Positions 62,140 to 64,000 of a DNA stretch of 64,000 nt are shown here, one piece after another; the first letter of the stretch is position 1; each line of letters opens with the position of its first letter. Origin of the DNA: Acidobacteriota bacterium (GTDB lineage: Bacteria; Acidobacteriota; UBA6911; RPQK01; CBDBID01). The stretch lies in NCBI GenBank assembly GCA_965205565.1, contig CBDBID010000043.1, forward strand, positions 135,997 to 199,996. Reading direction: 5' to 3'. A program made the position numbers and the translations under genes. The notes beneath the pieces are model-generated. The model was given only the letters and a program-made list of their open reading frames with translations. It was not told the DNA's origin and did no database searches.

Positions 62140-62205
62140 CTCTAGACTTCTAAAGAGCCGAAATCTATGGTGGTAAGGGTTGTTTTCCTTTCAAGAGGTG
62201 CCACC

Positions 62206-62784
62206 ATGGAAATTCGCGAGGATTTGAGACAGTCCGTTATTCGTTCCCTCCCGGAGATCGGTCAAATCCAGGACCCGACGCTTCGCCACAAAGTCACCGA
62301 CGCGTGGGCTTACAGTCTGGGGAAAAGCTCTTTCCAGTCCATCGACGAAATCCGCGCCTCCGGCAATCCGGACACACCAAAGCTGAAACGTGGCACTCAA
62401 ACGGATCACATTCGGGGCGTTACCCGGCTGGCCATCTCCATCGCCGACACCATGCTGGAAATGTTCCCTCAGCTGCCCATTGATAGGGATCTCCTGCTGG
62501 CCTGTGTTTTGTGCCATGACGTCGGCAAGCCCTTCGAGTTTGACCCGGAGAACCAGAATCGCTGGAACTCGAATCCCGCTTCTTCGGGTTTCCCCGCCAT
62601 TCGTCACACCCAGTTCGGCACCCACGTGTGTCTGACCCTGGGACTGCCCGAGGAGGTGTGTCACGCTGCGGGCTGCCACTCCGGCGAGGGTGAATTGGTG
62701 ACGCGATCGTTGCATGTGACCATCGTCCATCACGCCGACTACGCTTTTTGGGCCACCCTGGGAACCGCTCAGCAGCTGGAGTGA
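62206..62784 (+). CDS. HD-domain phosphohydrolase
   Basis: H...HD motif (LLACVLCHDVGK) and downstream His residues (HAAGCHSGEG, IVHHADY). Confidence 0.6.
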   Translation: MEIREDLRQSVIRSLPEIGQIQDPTLRHKVTDAWAYSLGKSSFQSIDEIRASGNPDTPKLKRGTQTDHIRGVTRLAISIADTMLEMFPQLPIDRDLLLACVLCHDVGKPFEFDPENQNRWNSNPASSGFPAIRHTQFGTHVCLTLGLPEEVCHAAGCHSGEGELVTRSLHVTIVHHADYAFWATLGTAQQLE

Positions 62785-62855
62785 GTGGCTCTCCGGGGAA
62801 GTGGGGGAGGGCGTGCCGGTTAATAGAGCGGAAGCAGCTCGAGGCGAGGGAAGCT

Positions 62856-64000
62856 TCAACGGTCTCCTTCCTGAAACCTCCTGGCAACTTCTTCGACCTC
62901 GGACCAGACTCGCAGGGTGTTGCCCGAGCAGATCTTTTCGATGTCCTCCTCCGAGTAGCCTCTCTTGAGCAGCTCGAAGAGCAGGTTGGGGTAATCGGCC
63001 ACGCTTTTCAGGCCAGTGGGCAGGGAGTCTCCCAATCCGTCGAAATCCGAACCCAGGCCGACATGATCGATCCCCACCAACCGGACCACGTGGTCGATTT
63101 GCTCCACCACATCCAGGAGATCCCCGTAGGGTAGATTGTGGGTCTTGCGATACTGCTCGCTGTAAATCCTGGCCGCCTCACTGGACCGCTCCAGGCCCTT
63201 TTCTTTCAGATACCGGGCGATCTCCCGACTGGCCTGGCTGCTTCCTCGGCGATACTCGTCATTCACGAAGTTGGAGCCGAAATTGATCTGGATCACTCCG
63301 CCTTTTTCCGCCAACAACCGGATCATTTCGTCGCTCATGTTGCGCTCCCAGCCAGGAGTGAACCGGCGACAGGAAGAATGGGAAGCGATCGCAGGAGCCC
63401 GCGAAAAATCCATCACCTGAAAGAAGGCCTGGTCCGATAGATGGGACACATCGACGATCATGCCCAGCCGGTTCATCTCTTCGATGACCAGGTAGCCGTA
63501 GGGACTCACCCCGTTCCATCTTCTCTGCTTGTCGTAGGACGAATCGCAGATCAGATTGCTCTTGGAATGAGCCAGAGTGATGTAGCGCACTCCTCGGTCG
63601 TAAAAGTGCTTCAGATGGTCCAAGTCCTGTTCCAGCGCCGCCCCATTCTCAATCCCCAGGGGAAAGGAGATTTTCGAGTCAGCAAAATGGGATCGAACCT
63701 CAGCCGGGGAGCGGGCGATGGCACACTGTCCCGGCTGCTGTTCGACCAGCCCTTCCACCAGATCGATCAACTGGTCCGCATAGGCCTTTGCTCCTCCGGT
63801 GACCTGGTAGGAAGCCTGGACGTAGATGGACAGAAAGGTCGCGTTGAGCCCTCCGGCCCTGGCCCTGGGGAAATCGAAATCGCCTCCGTCGGTCCGCTGG
63901 AAGACGTCTTCCATCTTTCGAGTCAGACGATCAGGAAGGTCGATATGAGTATCGAAGATGAGCAGTTTCTGTGCCAGGGCCTGGGAGCGCTGTCTCCAGT
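62856..64000 (-). CDS. Peptidase M19 (membrane/renal dipeptidase family). The 5' end runs beyond the window edge.
   Basis: The reading frame stays open to position 64000 and reads ...LLIFDTHIDLPDRLTRK (the M19 N-terminal HxD motif). It also has the IDHVGLGSDFDG block. Confidence 0.75.
   Translation of the reverse strand, partial: WRQRSQALAQKLLIFDTHIDLPDRLTRKMEDVFQRTDGGDFDFPRARAGGLNATFLSIYVQASYQVTGGAKAYADQLIDLVEGLVEQQPGQCAIARSPAEVRSHFADSKISFPLGIENGAALEQDLDHLKHFYDRGVRYITLAHSKSNLICDSSYDKQRRWNGVSPYGYLVIEEMNRLGMIVDVSHLSDQAFFQVMDFSRAPAIASHSSCRRFTPGWERNMSDEMIRLLAEKGGVIQINFGSNFVNDEYRRGSSQASREIARYLKEKGLERSSEAARIYSEQYRKTHNLPYGDLLDVVEQIDHVVRLVGIDHVGLGSDFDGLGDSLPTGLKSVADYPNLLFELLKRGYSEEDIEKICSGNTLRVWSEVEEVARRFQEGDR

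Overview
This is a high-GC (about 60%) bacterial chromosomal segment. Its gene content points to Planctomycetota or a relative: it holds three PSCyt/DUF1549/DUF1553 proteins and two DUF1501 proteins (one of them frameshifted and partial). Together with secreted proteins carrying tandem PPC-like domains, these form two diverged paralogous three-gene cassettes at both ends of the middle section. One sits at 1..5384 on the minus strand and is damaged. The other sits at 39606..45512 on the plus strand and is intact.

Core genes are present: selO, a nifU-like/nifS pair, mreB, groES-groEL with a CIRCE operator, and an M19 dipeptidase. A carbohydrate catabolic locus of secreted and lipoprotein enzymes spans about 22.1-37.2 kb. 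It includes two BNR sialidase-like proteins, a GSDH, a glycoside-hydrolase-like protein, RraA-like, Ldh_2, AKR, SDR and TIM-barrel isomerase proteins.

The segment is heavily punctuated by mobile DNA from at least six IS families:
- an IS6 element with clear inverted repeats
- an IS1 element with InsA/InsB
- an IS5/IS1182-like element
- two IS21 remnants bracketing a fatty-acid desaturase
- a decayed IS3 inserted into a GSDH-like gene
- two near-identical 1666-bp IS copies in head-to-tail tandem, 2 bp apart

There are two intact tRNAs, Leu-TAA and Arg-TCT. Each is followed at the same 62-nt offset by a conserved motif containing a TGTAACC-N5-TGTAACC direct repeat. A 5'-truncated tRNA-Arg(ACG) fragment and a tyrosine-integrase C-terminal fragment are also present. 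These look like island-boundary scars.

Many genes carry frameshifts at homopolymers or short repeats, or in-frame stops. The affected genes are an SNF2 helicase next to tRNA-Leu, an ABC transporter, a peptidoglycan hydrolase, IS genes and a DUF1501/PSCyt pair. This means either real gene decay or homopolymer indel errors in the assembly. No CRISPR array was seen.
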